64,000 bases of DNA from an uncultured Holophagales bacterium (lineage in GTDB: Bacteria > Acidobacteriota > Thermoanaerobaculia > Multivoradales > UBA5704): assembly GCA_963842525.1 (NCBI GenBank), contig CAWJGT010000003.1, positions 448,001 through 512,000 on the forward strand. Reading direction: 5' to 3'. The notes beneath the pieces were generated by a model. The model had not been told where the DNA came from. It did no database searches and was given only the letters and a program-made list of their open reading frames with translations. Position 1 is the first letter of the stretch; each line of letters opens with the position of its first letter. Positions 1-21,602 of the stretch are shown in pieces. The translations under genes and the position numbers were made by a program.

Positions 1-1
1 C

Positions 2-5644
<5,643 letters not shown>

Positions 5645-5653
5645 GGAGCACCG

Positions 5654-11368
<5,715 letters not shown>

Positions 11369-14300
11369 CCTGGAGGATGCCTACCCCCTCGCGCCGCTGC
11401 AGGAGGGGATGCTGTTCCACACCCTCTACGATCCCGCAGCGGGGGTGTACGTGGAGCAGCTCAGCTTCCTGCTCCGCGATCGCGAGCCCTTCGATACCGA
11501 GGCCTTCCGGCGGGCCGCTCAGCGCGTGGTCGAGCGGCACCCGGTGCTGCGGACGGCCTTCACCTGGAAGCGGCGCAAGCGGCCTCTGCAGGTGGTCCGC
11601 CGACGGGTGGAGCTGCCCTTTCTGGAAGAGGACTGGAGCGGCCTGCCGACCGCCGAATGCGATGGACGGTGGCAGCACCTCGTGGCCGACGACCGCCGGC
11701 GCGGGTTCGATCCGTCCCGGGCGCCGCTCGCCCGGGTGACCCTGGTGCGGCTGTCGGCAGGCGAGCACCGCTGCCTGCTCAGCTACCACCATCTGCTGAT
11801 GGACGCCTGGTCCCTGCCGCTCGTCCTCCGCGAGCTGCTGGCCTTCTACGACGCCTTCCGCAGCGGGAACGACCTCGAGCTGCCGCTGCCACGCCCCTAC
11901 CGCAACTACATCGCCTGGCTGGAGCGCCAGGACGCCGCGCGAGCCGAGGGCTTCTGGCGGCAGCGGCTCCGCGGGATCACAGCGCCGACTCCTCTCGGTG
12001 TGGACCGTCCGGCCGGAGCAGGGGGCGGCCGCTACGAACGGCGCGCGCTCGCCCTGCCGCAGGAAACCACGGAGGCGCTGGAGGCCTTCGCGCGGAGCCG
12101 GCGGCTCACCCTGGGGAGCCTGGCCCGGGGGGCCTGGGCTCTGCTGCTCGGGCGCTACAGCGGCGAGCGGGACGTGGTTTTCGGGGTCACCGTCTCGGGC
12201 CGCCCCGACGAGCTGCCCGGGGTCGAGCTCATGGTCGGCCTGTTCATCAACACCCTGCCGTTTCGCATCGACCTGCCGCCCACCGAGCGGCTGGCGCCCT
12301 GGCTCCAGCGGGTCCAGGAGCGGCAGTTGGAGCTGCGCGAGCACGAGCACACCCCCCTGGTGGCGATCCAGGGCTGGAGCGAGGTGCCGCGCCATCTCCC
12401 CCTCTTCGAGAGCATTCTGGTCTTCGAGAACGCGCCGGAGCCGTCCGGCGGGGCTGCCGGAGGGAGCCTCGAAGTGCCGGACGCGACTTATGCGCCACAG
12501 TCCAACTACCCGCTGAGCCTGATGATCGTGCCCGGCCGGCGGCTGTCCCTGCGAGCGCTCTCGGCCTCGGAGCGGCTCGACGGTCCGACCGCCTCGCGGC
12601 TGCTCGGACATTTCGCGGCCCTGCTGAGCGGCATGACGGCCGCTCCGGACTGCGTGCTGGCGGACCTGCCGCTGCTGACACCGGCCGAGCGCCACCAACT
12701 CGTCGCCGAGTGGAACGACACCGCCGCCGCCTACGACCGCGAAGCCCTGATCCATGCCCTGGTGGCCGCCCGCGCCGCAGCCGATCCCGCAGCCCCTGCG
12801 GTGCTCGGCGAAGGCGGGGAGCTGTCCCATGGCGAGCTCGACCGCCGTGCCAACCGGCTCGCGCACCTGCTCGTCGACCTCGGGGTCGGACCGGGCGTGC
12901 TGGTCGGGATCGACCTCCACCGCTCGGTCGAGATGGTCGTCGCCGTCCTCGGCGTGCTCAAGGCGGGCGGCGCGTACGTCCCGCTCGACGTCGCGCTGCC
13001 CACGGCGCGGGCGGCGCGGATCGTCAACGCGCTCGGGGTCCGCCACCTGGTGACCGAGAGCCGCCGTGGCGCGGCCCTCGCCGGCCTTGCCGCCGCGGCG
13101 CCAAGCCTGCGGCACGCGGTGCTGCTGGAGACCCCCGGCAGCTGGATCGAAGCCTGCGGCGAGGTGCGCCTGTGGACGGACCGGGACCTCGCGCGGCAGC
13201 CGGACGGCGACCCCGGACCGCGGGCCACCGCCGGCGACGTGGCCTATGTGATCTTCACCTCCGGCTCGACCGGCGTGCCCAAGGGCGTGGTCGTCCGCCA
13301 CCGGCCGGTCGTCAACCTGATCGAATGGGTCAACCGCACCTTCAGGGTCGGACCGGCCGACCGGGTGCTGTTCATCACCTCTCTCGGGTTCGACCTCTCG
13401 GTGTACGACGTCTTCGGCCTGCTCGCCGCCGGGGGGAGCGTCCGGGTTGCCGGCGACGACGATCTGGGCGAGCCGGCGCGGCTGCTCGAGATGCTCCACC
13501 GCGAGCCGATCACATTCTGGGACTCGGCGCCCGCGGCGCTGCAACAGCTCGTCCCCTTCTTTGACGCCGCCGAGCCCCGCCCCGGCCGCCTGCGCCTGGT
13601 CTTCCTGAGCGGCGACTGGGTCCCGGTGAATCTGCCAGGGCTGGTCGAGAGCGAGTTTCCGGGCGTCGAGGTCGTCGCGCTGGGCGGAGCCACCGAGGCG
13701 ACGGTCTGGTCGAACTTCCACATTGTCCGGGAGGTCCCTCCGGGCGCGACCAGCATTCCGTACGGCCGCCCGATCCGGAACGCGCGTTATCACGTGCTCG
13801 ACGCCTCGCTCATACCCTGTCCCATCGGCGTCGCCGGGGATCTCTACATCGGCGGCGAGTGCCTCGCTGCGGGATACGCCCGCGAGCCCGTGCAGACCGC
13901 CGAGCGGTTCATCCCCGACGGCTTCGCAGCCGGCGGCACGGTCCTCTACCGGACCGGCGATCGCGCTCGCCGCTTTGCCGACGGGAGCCTCGAGTTCCTG
14001 GGACGCGTCGACCAGCAGGTCAAGATCCGCGGCTTCCGGGTCGAGGCCGGGGAGGTCGAGGCGGCGCTGCTCGAGCATCCGGACGTCCGCCATGCGGTGG
14101 TGACCGCGCGTGGCGCCGGCGGCGAGAAGCGCCTGGCGGCCTATGTGGTGCCGCAGCCGGAGACCGAGTTGGACGTCCAGACGCTGCGCGATCACCTGGC
14201 GCAGCGGCTGCCCGCCTACATGGTCCCGGGGACGTTCGTCCCGCTCGCGGCGCTGCCGGTCACCGCCAATGGCAAGCTCGACCGGGCCGCTCTCCCCGAT

Positions 14301-15360
14301 CCGGAGCGTCCGCAGCCGGCGGCAGGATACGCGCCGCCGAGAAGCTCCCGCGAGCTGCGCCTCGTCCAGATCTGGGAGGAGCTGTTCGGCATCCATCCGA
14401 TCGGCGTCCGCGACGACTTCTTCGAGCTGGGGGGCCATTCGCTGCTCGCGGTGCGCCTGCTGGCCGAGATCCAGAGCCGCTTCGACTGCGACCTGCCTTT
14501 GCGGACCCTGCTCGCGGAGGCGACCGTCGAAGGGCTCGCGCGGCGGCTGGCCGGTGTTGCGGCCAACGCATGGTCTCCGCTCGTGGCGCTGCAGCCGAGA
14601 GGCTCACGCCCCCCGCTGTTCTGCATCCACTCCGGCGGCGGCGGCGTGCTGAGCTACGTCGGCCTCGCCCGGCATCTCGGCGAGGACCAGCCGGTCTATG
14701 CCCTGGAGGCGCGCGGCCTAGAAGCCGGCCAGGAGCCGCTCGCTACGGTCGCGGAGATGGCGGACCTCTACCTGGAGGCGCTCCGCGGCCTGCGCCCCGC
14801 GGGACCCTATTGTCTTGCCGGCTGGTCCTTCGGCGGCTATGTGGCCTACGACATGGCGCAGCGGATCCGCGCCTCCGGCGGCGAGGTCGCGGTGCTGGCG
14901 CTGCTCGACACCGCCGTCTGGCGGTGGGGCACGCGCCAGGACGCCGAGTTGCTGGCGGATCTGCTCGGCGAAAGGTTCCCGGGGCTGGAGCTGGACGAGA
15001 TGCAGCGCTGCGGGAGCCGCGACGAGCTGCTCGCCCACCTGGTACGGCGGGCGAAGGAGCTGGCGCTGGTACCGCCGGGGTTCGAGGTCGAGCAGGCGCG
15101 CCGGATGTTCGCCGTCCACCGCCGGCACCACGACGCTGCCGCGGCCTACACACCGGCGCCCTATCCCGGCAGGCTTACGCTGGTGCGCGGCCGCGGCGGC
15201 TGGCCGGAGTGGGCCGAGGACCGGAGCCTTGGATGGGGGGATCTGGCGCTCGGCGGCGTCGAGATCCTCGAGGTCTCCGGCGGTCACACCAACCTGCTCG
15301 ATCCGCCGCACGACCGGGAGGTCGCGGCGCGCCTCCGGCAGTGCCTCGACCGGCTCTCCC

Positions 15361-17754
15361 TCAATCCGCCTTGAGCGCCACCGTCGGGCTGACCCGGCTG
15401 GCGCGCAGAGACGGCAGATAGCTGCCCGCCAGTGCGCCCGCCAGCAGGAGGAGCGGGATGAGCGTGAAGGTGAGCGGATCCCGCGAGCTGACCTCGAAGA
15501 GGAGGCTCGCCATCAGCCGCGTGGTCCACAGGGCGGCGGCGAGGCCGAGCACCACGCCGAGCAGGGCGAGCAGGAAGCTGCGCCGCAGTGTCCAACGGAC
15601 GATCTGGCCACGCCGCGCTCCCAGAGCCATGCGGATGCCGATCTCGTGGACCTTGTTGCGCACCGCATAGGACATCACGCCGTAGACACCGATGACGCCG
15701 AGCAACAGGGCGACGCCGGCAAAGCCGGCGAGCAGGGACATGATCACCCGCGGCTGGGCGGCCGATTCGTAGAGCACCTGCTCCATCGAGCGGACCTTGA
15801 AGACCGGCACGCCCTTGTCCACCTCCCAGATCTCCTGGGACGCCGCGCGGGCCACGCGCATCGGGTCGGACCGTGTGCGCAGGAGCAGGCTCATGGTGAG
15901 GTTTCTCCCCACCTGGCCGTAGGGCCGGTACATGACCGGCGCGGGCTCCACACCGAGGCTCTCGTAGCGGCTGTCGCCGACGATTCCCACCACCGTCGCC
16001 CACTCCTCGCCCCCCTCGATCCTGTTGCGGATGCGCTTGCCGAGCGGGCTCTCGCCGGGGAAGAGCTGGCGGGCCATCGCCTCGTTGATGACGGCGGCGG
16101 GCGGCGCGCCGGCCCGGTCGCTCGCGTCGAAGAGCCGGCCCGCCGCCGGCCGCAGGCCCAGGGTCTTGAAATAGCCGGGCGTGACCACCCGCCAGTTGAC
16201 GACCGGAGGGGTCTCGCCGGGTGCCGGCCGGTCCTCGATGGTGAGCCCTCCCCGCCAGCCGCTGCCGGTCATGGGCAGGAAATGGATGGCTCCCGCGGAC
16301 TCCACCTCGGGGAGCGCGGCGAGCTTCTCCAGCGTCTGCTGGTAGAAGACCTCGCGCTGCGCGGCCTCGGCGTAGCGGCTGTCGGGCAGCACCAGGCGGA
16401 GGGTCAGCATGTTCTCCGGATCGAAGCCGATTTCCACGTGCTGGAGTCGCCAGAAGCTCTTGACCAGCAGACCGGCCCAGATCAGCAGGACCAGTGCGAG
16501 AGCCATCTCCGCCACGACGAGAGCGCCGTGGAGGCGGCCGCCTCGCACGCCGCCGGCAGTGCTCGCGGAGCCCTCTTTCAGGGTCTCCTGGAGGTCCGTC
16601 TTGCGGGCCTGGAGGACGGGCGCCAGGCCGAACAGAAAGCCGGTCGCGATCGAGATGGCGAACGTGAACACGAGCACCGGCAGGTCGACGCCGATCTCGT
16701 GCGTCCGCGGCATGCCCTCGGGCAGGAGGGCGACCAGCACGCGGACGGCCCAGAAGGCCAGGAGGAGGCCGAGCCCGCCACCGACCAGGGCGAGCACCAC
16801 GTTCTCGGTGAGGATCTGGCGCACCAACCGGCGGTAGCTCGCTCCGAGCGCGATCCGGACCGCGATCTCGCGGCGGCGGTTGACCGCCTGCGCCAAGGCA
16901 AGGTTGGCCACGTTGGCGCAGGCGATGAGCAGGATGAAGCCGACCGCGCCGAGCAGGGTCCAGAAGACAGGCCGCATGTTTCCCACCATCTGATCGAGCA
17001 GCGGGACCACCGAGGCGTCGGCGCCGAAGTCCTCGGGCAGGGAGAAGCGCTCCCGCATGCGCGCCGCGGCAAGCCGCACCTCGCTCTGCGCCTTGTCCGG
17101 AGTGACGCCGTCCGCCAGCCGTCCCACCGCCAGGAGGTAGGTCCCGTGATAATCCTCGGCGTCGCTGGGATCGAAGGTGAGCGGCAGCCACAGCGCGGCG
17201 TCGATGGGCAGGAACCTGAAGCGGGGCGGCAGGACGCCGATCACGCGGACGGACCTGCCGTCGACGAGGAGGGTCTTGCCGAGGATCTGCGGATCCGCCG
17301 CGAAGCGGCGCTGCCAGAGCTCATGGCTCAGGAGCACTACGTTGCCCCGCCCCGGCTGCTCCTCCTCGGGCAGGAACGTCCTGCCGAGCACGGGCTTGAT
17401 CCCCAGGGTAGGGAAGAACGAGGCCCCCACCGACATGCCGTCCAGCATCTCCGGCGTGCCATCGCCGGTCAGGGTGAAGCCTCCTCCCGCGCCACTGAAG
17501 GCGGCGAGATTCGCGAACGACTTCACCTGCCCGGCGAAGAAGGAGTACTCCTCCTTGGAGAACCACTTCTCGGGGAAGACGCCGACCAGGCGCTCGGGAT
17601 CGGCGTAGGGCAGCGGACGCAGCACCACCGCATTGACGACGCTGAAGATCGCGCTGTTGGCTCCGATCCCCACGGCGAGCGTGATCACCGCCACCACCGT
17701 GAAGCCCAGGCGCTTGTACAGGATCCGCACCGCCTGCTTCAGGTCCTGCTCCAT
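15361..17754 (-). CDS. ABC transporter permease, duplicated MacB/FtsX type (ADOP-like)
   Basis: [54 protein letters not shown], two [20 protein letters not shown] motifs; 797 aa; strong SD (AGGAGGGAGGAG) upstream. Confidence 0.93.
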   Translation of the reverse strand: MEQDLKQAVRILYKRLGFTVVAVITLAVGIGANSAIFSVVNAVVLRPLPYADPERLVGVFPEKWFSKEEYSFFAGQVKSFANLAAFSGAGGGFTLTGDGTPEMLDGMSVGASFFPTLGIKPVLGRTFLPEEEQPGRGNVVLLSHELWQRRFAADPQILGKTLLVDGRSVRVIGVLPPRFRFLPIDAALWLPLTFDPSDAEDYHGTYLLAVGRLADGVTPDKAQSEVRLAAARMRERFSLPEDFGADASVVPLLDQMVGNMRPVFWTLLGAVGFILLIACANVANLALAQAVNRRREIAVRIALGASYRRLVRQILTENVVLALVGGGLGLLLAFWAVRVLVALLPEGMPRTHEIGVDLPVLVFTFAISIATGFLFGLAPVLQARKTDLQETLKEGSASTAGGVRGGRLHGALVVAEMALALVLLIWAGLLVKSFWRLQHVEIGFDPENMLTLRLVLPDSRYAEAAQREVFYQQTLEKLAALPEVESAGAIHFLPMTGSGWRGGLTIEDRPAPGETPPVVNWRVVTPGYFKTLGLRPAAGRLFDASDRAGAPPAAVINEAMARQLFPGESPLGKRIRNRIEGGEEWATVVGIVGDSRYESLGVEPAPVMYRPYGQVGRNLTMSLLLRTRSDPMRVARAASQEIWEVDKGVPVFKVRSMEQVLYESAAQPRVIMSLLAGFAGVALLLGVIGVYGVMSYAVRNKVHEIGIRMALGARRGQIVRWTLRRSFLLALLGVVLGLAAALWTTRLMASLLFEVSSRDPLTFTLIPLLLLAGALAGSYLPSLRASRVSPTVALKAD

Positions 17755-17795
17755 CGGCTCCTCCCTCCTGACGTCGTCATGGTCCTTTGCGGCCC

Positions 17796-18887
17796 TCAGC
17801 GGTCGCCGCCGTTGTGGATGCCGAGGACCTCTTCGAAGAATTCGAGCGCCCGGGGGTCTTTCGACCGGCCCAGCCAGAAGACCGCTTCCTTGCGCAGGGC
17901 AGCGTCCGGATGTGTGCGGGCGACCCGGATCAGGCGCGGCACCGCCTCGGCGGCCGGCAGCTTGCTGAGCGCGAAGATCGCCTGCTTGCGGACCTCCAGC
18001 TCCTCATCGCTCGTGGCCGCCGATTCGATGGTGGCTCCCGCCTTCTTCCCGGCCTTGTGCGCCAGCCAGAACAGGGCCTGGCCGCGGACGTACGAGCTGT
18101 CATCGCCCCGCGCCACCTGGGTCAGCAGCTCCAAGGCTTCGGGCTCCTTGCTGGCCGACAGCCCGAACACCGCACGCTCCCGGATCCTGGGGCTGGGGTC
18201 GTCCTGCACGAGGCGGCGCAGGACCTTCAATCCTTCAGCCCCCCGCGCCTCCCCGAGCCAGAAGGGCACCCGCTTGCGCAGGTCGTTGGGCCGGCCCGGT
18301 GCCGCGAGGTCGGCGAGATGGCGGTCGGCGGCCGGATCGGCGTGACGGGCCATGGCCCCGAGGGTCGCATGGCTGGCCTGCCCGAGCCCACGACCCGCGA
18401 AATCGAGCACCAGGGCCGAGAGGGTGTCGAGGCTTGCCGCCGGAGCGACGCCGGTCAACCACACGACGGGCATCCCCCCGGCGTCGACCTCGCAATTATC
18501 CGAGAACATGCGGACGAAATCGAAGCCGCCGCCGGCGGCCCGCAGATAGACGATGAGATCAGCCGGCGTGCCCGGGCAGCCCGGGCTGGGCCCGTCGGAC
18601 AGAGCCGTGACGTCCTGGCCGCGGAGCAGGCAGCGTGTGCAGCGGCCGTTCGCGGCATGGCAGCAGATCCAGGAGCGGTCGACCTTGATGGGGACGGAGT
18701 AGGCGATCCACCCCGTTCCGATCTCGCGGGCGAGGGCGCGCACCTGCCGGGTCAAATCCGGCGCGGCGACGACCGTGCGGCGCTGCGCGGCCACGAGCCG
18801 CGGCTCGACCGCACGCGCCGCGGGCGATACGGCGGTCCACGCGAGGAGCAGCGCCAACAGCAGCGGTCCGGAGGATCGGGCTTTCAT
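17796..18887 (-). CDS. Secreted HEAT-repeat protein
   Basis: Signal peptide, then repeated VRxxAxFWL/ALS HEAT units ([40 protein letters not shown]). Confidence 0.85.
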   Translation of the reverse strand: MKARSSGPLLLALLLAWTAVSPAARAVEPRLVAAQRRTVVAAPDLTRQVRALAREIGTGWIAYSVPIKVDRSWICCHAANGRCTRCLLRGQDVTALSDGPSPGCPGTPADLIVYLRAAGGGFDFVRMFSDNCEVDAGGMPVVWLTGVAPAASLDTLSALVLDFAGRGLGQASHATLGAMARHADPAADRHLADLAAPGRPNDLRKRVPFWLGEARGAEGLKVLRRLVQDDPSPRIRERAVFGLSASKEPEALELLTQVARGDDSSYVRGQALFWLAHKAGKKAGATIESAATSDEELEVRKQAIFALSKLPAAEAVPRLIRVARTHPDAALRKEAVFWLGRSKDPRALEFFEEVLGIHNGGDR

Positions 18888-20113
18888 GGGGTCTCCTTGG
18901 GCTGTGCAAGGCCGGAGAGGAATTCGAGGGCCTCCCGCGAGCCGATCCGCGACAGGCCCTGGAGAGCGGCCCGCCTGAGCTCGGGATCGCGTTCGCCTCG
19001 GGCGATTGCGATCAACGCCTGGTCGCGGCGCTGGATGGCGAGCCCTTCGAGCGCCGCGCGGCGGAGCTCACGGTCGGTCTCGCGTTCGTAGATCGCGGTC
19101 AGGGCTTTCTCCAGCCGGCCGGCGTCGACTCCGCGCAGGCTGCCCAGGTGGCGCGCGGCGATCCTGCGCAGACTCTGCGGCTCGCGTCCGTCGGCGGCGA
19201 TGCGGGCCAGGTCTTCGAGCTGGCGTGCGGCGGCCATGGCGGTGAGGACCGCTTCCTTGTCCTGCGGGGCCGACCCGTACAGCTTCCGGAGCTGCTCCGC
19301 GGCCCGGCGTGTACCCAGCCATTGGATGGCGCTGCGGCGCAGGCCGGGGTCGCGCTCGCTCCGGGCGACCGCGAAAAGCCGCTCGACGTCGCCCGCCACC
19401 ATGAGGCCGTGGAGGGCCGCCGCCTTGACCTCCGGGTCGGTAGAGGAGCGATAGACCTCCTCGAGCAGGCGGCGGTTCTCCCCGCTGCCGAGGCTCCCCA
19501 GATGCCGGATCGCCTGGAGCTGGAGGCCGGGGAGGGTGGCACCGCGGGAGACCTCCGCCAGGAGCGTGCGTGCGCGCGGCGACGTGCACTGCGCGAGCAG
19601 GAGGAGGGCCTGCTCCTTGAGAGCCGGCGACGCATCGCTCCGCAGATAGCGGTCGAGCTGCTGCACCACGCGGTCCTGATCGGTATGGAGAAGGCTCGAC
19701 AGGGCGAGCAGCATGGATTCGTCGCCGGTCTGGGCTGATGAATCCACCGCCATGCCCGCGGCGAGCTGTATCTCCGTGCGCAGCGAGGCCGCGTCGTCGA
19801 GCCATGAGCTGCGTGGAGACGAGCGTTGCAGCTCGTCCAGCACGGCGAGCGCCAGGCGCCCCTTGCCTCCCTTGTGGAGTGCGTAGGCCCGCCAGTAGAG
19901 GGCGCCTTCGACACGGGGGCCGCGTTGCCGTGCCGCTCCGTCGAAGGCGCGCGCGGCCTCGTCCCAGCGGCTGCGGTTCAACAGGTCCATGCCCTGCTGA
20001 TAGAGCCGCTCCGCCGCCGCTCGATCCTCCCCGGCCTGCGGCGGCGTCAGGGGAGCTGCGGCGAGCCAGCAGGCGGACAGGAGAAGCCAGATTCCCAGTG
20101 CCGCCGTGCGCAT
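18884..20113 (-). CDS. Secreted TPR + HEAT-repeat protein
   Basis: Start MRTAALGIWLL (ATG 20113, overlapping the upstream stop as TGATG); signal peptide; TPR-like LYQQG..WDEAARAF..ALYWRAYAL; HEAT repeats DPEVKAAALHGL, DPGLRRSAIQWL, DPELRRAALQGL. Confidence 0.85.
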   Translation of the reverse strand: MRTAALGIWLLLSACWLAAAPLTPPQAGEDRAAAERLYQQGMDLLNRSRWDEAARAFDGAARQRGPRVEGALYWRAYALHKGGKGRLALAVLDELQRSSPRSSWLDDAASLRTEIQLAAGMAVDSSAQTGDESMLLALSSLLHTDQDRVVQQLDRYLRSDASPALKEQALLLLAQCTSPRARTLLAEVSRGATLPGLQLQAIRHLGSLGSGENRRLLEEVYRSSTDPEVKAAALHGLMVAGDVERLFAVARSERDPGLRRSAIQWLGTRRAAEQLRKLYGSAPQDKEAVLTAMAAARQLEDLARIAADGREPQSLRRIAARHLGSLRGVDAGRLEKALTAIYERETDRELRRAALEGLAIQRRDQALIAIARGERDPELRRAALQGLSRIGSREALEFLSGLAQPKETP

Positions 20114-20850
20114 CAGAGGCTCCTTTCCAGGGGCGTGATCCCCGCGGCCTGCAACCATTTCCGCTCGACGTCCTGCCGTGCGAGCCGCAGTTCGAAGAGC
20201 AGCCCATTGGCGTCGATCGAGGAGGCGAGAGCGGAGGCTCCCGGAGGCTGGTCGGCGCTGTGGGCCGCTTCGACCAGGACCAGCTCCAGCGCTTGGAGCG
20301 GCGGCAGCAGCCCGGGCTCCTGCCGCGCGGCGAGCTGGCGGTACAGCCGGTTGGCGGCCAGCAGCTCCTGGGCCCGGCTCCGCACGCCGGGAGAGCCGGC
20401 GGCGGGCTCGTTCAACAGCTCGACGAGCAGTCTTTGCGACCGCTCGAGATGCTCGTCGACGGCGTCGAAGAGGAGCACGTCGCGACGGGCGGCGATCTGC
20501 CCGCTGTCCGGGCGCGCCGTGCTGCGCCACCACAGGAGGCCCCCGCCGGCGGCGATCAGGAGCGAGGCGGCCAGGGCGGCCGCGAGGGTGCGGCGGGGCG
20601 CCCACCAGCCGAGCGGTGGCAGGTCCCGTTCGATCTCGGGCTGCAGGCGCCGCCAGACCCGTTCGCCGTAGCCCTCCTCCGGCTCGGGCGGCGGGGCTTC
20701 GTTCAGCAGGGCGAGCACCGCGCGCAGCTCCTCGTACGCGCTACGGCAGCTCTCGCACGTCCGCAGATGGGCGGCCGTGTCCGGGCTCTTCGTCTCGCCA
20801 TAGAAGAGCAGGATCATCTCCTCCTCGCGCAGGTGTCGCGGCGCGCTCAT
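20113..20850 (-). CDS. Zinc-finger (ZAS) membrane-anchored anti-sigma factor
   Basis: HLREEEMILLFYGE..HLRTCESC (H..HxxxCxxC), one TM helix LAAALAASLLIAAGGGLLWW; coupled to the ECF gene by an ATGA overlap. Confidence 0.85.
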   Translation of the reverse strand: MSAPRHLREEEMILLFYGETKSPDTAAHLRTCESCRSAYEELRAVLALLNEAPPPEPEEGYGERVWRRLQPEIERDLPPLGWWAPRRTLAAALAASLLIAAGGGLLWWRSTARPDSGQIAARRDVLLFDAVDEHLERSQRLLVELLNEPAAGSPGVRSRAQELLAANRLYRQLAARQEPGLLPPLQALELVLVEAAHSADQPPGASALASSIDANGLLFELRLARQDVERKWLQAAGITPLERSL

Positions 20851-21524
20851 CTCGGCCTCACCAGGGGGGTCAGGATCTGGCGCAGCTTGCGCACCGCCCG
20901 GAACACCGCCTGCTTGGCGGCGCCCTGGCTCAGACCCAGGGTCCGGCCGATCTCCTCGATCGGCATCGCCTCGACGTGACGGAGCAGGAAGGCGGTCCTC
21001 TCGCTGGCCGTCAGGCCGCAGAGGGCCGCGTCGATCCTGCGCTGCGCCTCGGCAGAGGTGGCGGCACGCTCGGGAGAGGCCGCCGTCGACGTCAATGCAT
21101 CGAGATCCCCGGCGGGCTCCTCGTCGAGAGAGGCCGCCGGCCCCGGGGCGCGCTGGCGTGTGCGCAGAAGGTCGCAGGCGCAGTTGATCGCGATCCGGTG
21201 CAGCCAGGTGCCGAAGGCGGCATCGCCTCCGAACTGCGGCAGGCGGCGATAGGCCCGCAGGAAGGTCTCCTGCACGACGTCCTCGGCGTCCTGCCGCTGC
21301 CGTGTGAGGCGATAGGCCAGGCGGAAGACCTCCGCGCTGTGGATCCTGACCAGCGCGGCGAAGGCCTCCATGTCGCCGCCTTGCGCGGCTGCGGGAAGCG
21401 CGGTGTCGCGTTTACGGTCGCGCCGCGCGGGCAGTTCGAATCGCTTCACGTCAAAACCCGCAATGGGTGTCAGCAGGACGCCGAGTCCCGCGGCCAAGAG
21501 CTGTGCGTTGTCCGAGCCGCGCAT
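20847..21524 (-). CDS. ECF (sigma-70 family) RNA polymerase sigma factor
   Basis: GDMEAFAALV..AYRLT..DAEDVVQETFLRAY..FGTWLHRIAINC (region 2) and ERTAFLLRH..EEIGRTLG..KQAVFRAVRKLR (region 4). Start could also be GTG 21449. Confidence 0.92.
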   Translation of the reverse strand: MRGSDNAQLLAAGLGVLLTPIAGFDVKRFELPARRDRKRDTALPAAAQGGDMEAFAALVRIHSAEVFRLAYRLTRQRQDAEDVVQETFLRAYRRLPQFGGDAAFGTWLHRIAINCACDLLRTRQRAPGPAASLDEEPAGDLDALTSTAASPERAATSAEAQRRIDAALCGLTASERTAFLLRHVEAMPIEEIGRTLGLSQGAAKQAVFRAVRKLRQILTPLVRPR

Positions 21525-21530
21525 ACCAGG

Positions 21531-21557
21531 TTAGACGGTGGCGAGGCCAAACGGTTA
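21531..21557 (-). promoter_or_regulatory. Putative autoregulatory ECF promoter (AAC-N16-CGTCTAA)
   Basis: The minus strand reads TAAC-cgtttggcctcgccac-CGTCTAA, the classic ECF -35 AAC / -10 CGT spacing, ending 6 nt before ATG 21524. Confidence 0.6.
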
Positions 21558-21587
21558 GGTCGAGCTGCGAGCGGCTCTTTCTCTCTC

Positions 21588-21593
21588 TATAAT
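21588..21593 (+). promoter_or_regulatory. Putative sigma70 -10 box (TATAAT) for the cytochrome c/ASPIC genes
   Basis: Perfect TATAAT in very GC-rich DNA, 9 nt before ATG 21603; no SD and a weak -35. Confidence 0.5.
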
Positions 21594-21602
21594 AAGCGGC
21601 CC

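Noticed and set aside
20114-20605. Upstream extension of ORF 18884-20605
   Set aside because: Out-of-frame overlap with the anti-sigma gene; the signal peptide begins at ATG 20113.
20178-21602. N-terminal extension of the 1236-aa ORF 20178-23888
   Set aside because: Overlaps the ECF and anti-sigma genes on the other strand and is R/A/G-rich; the real protein starts at about 21603.
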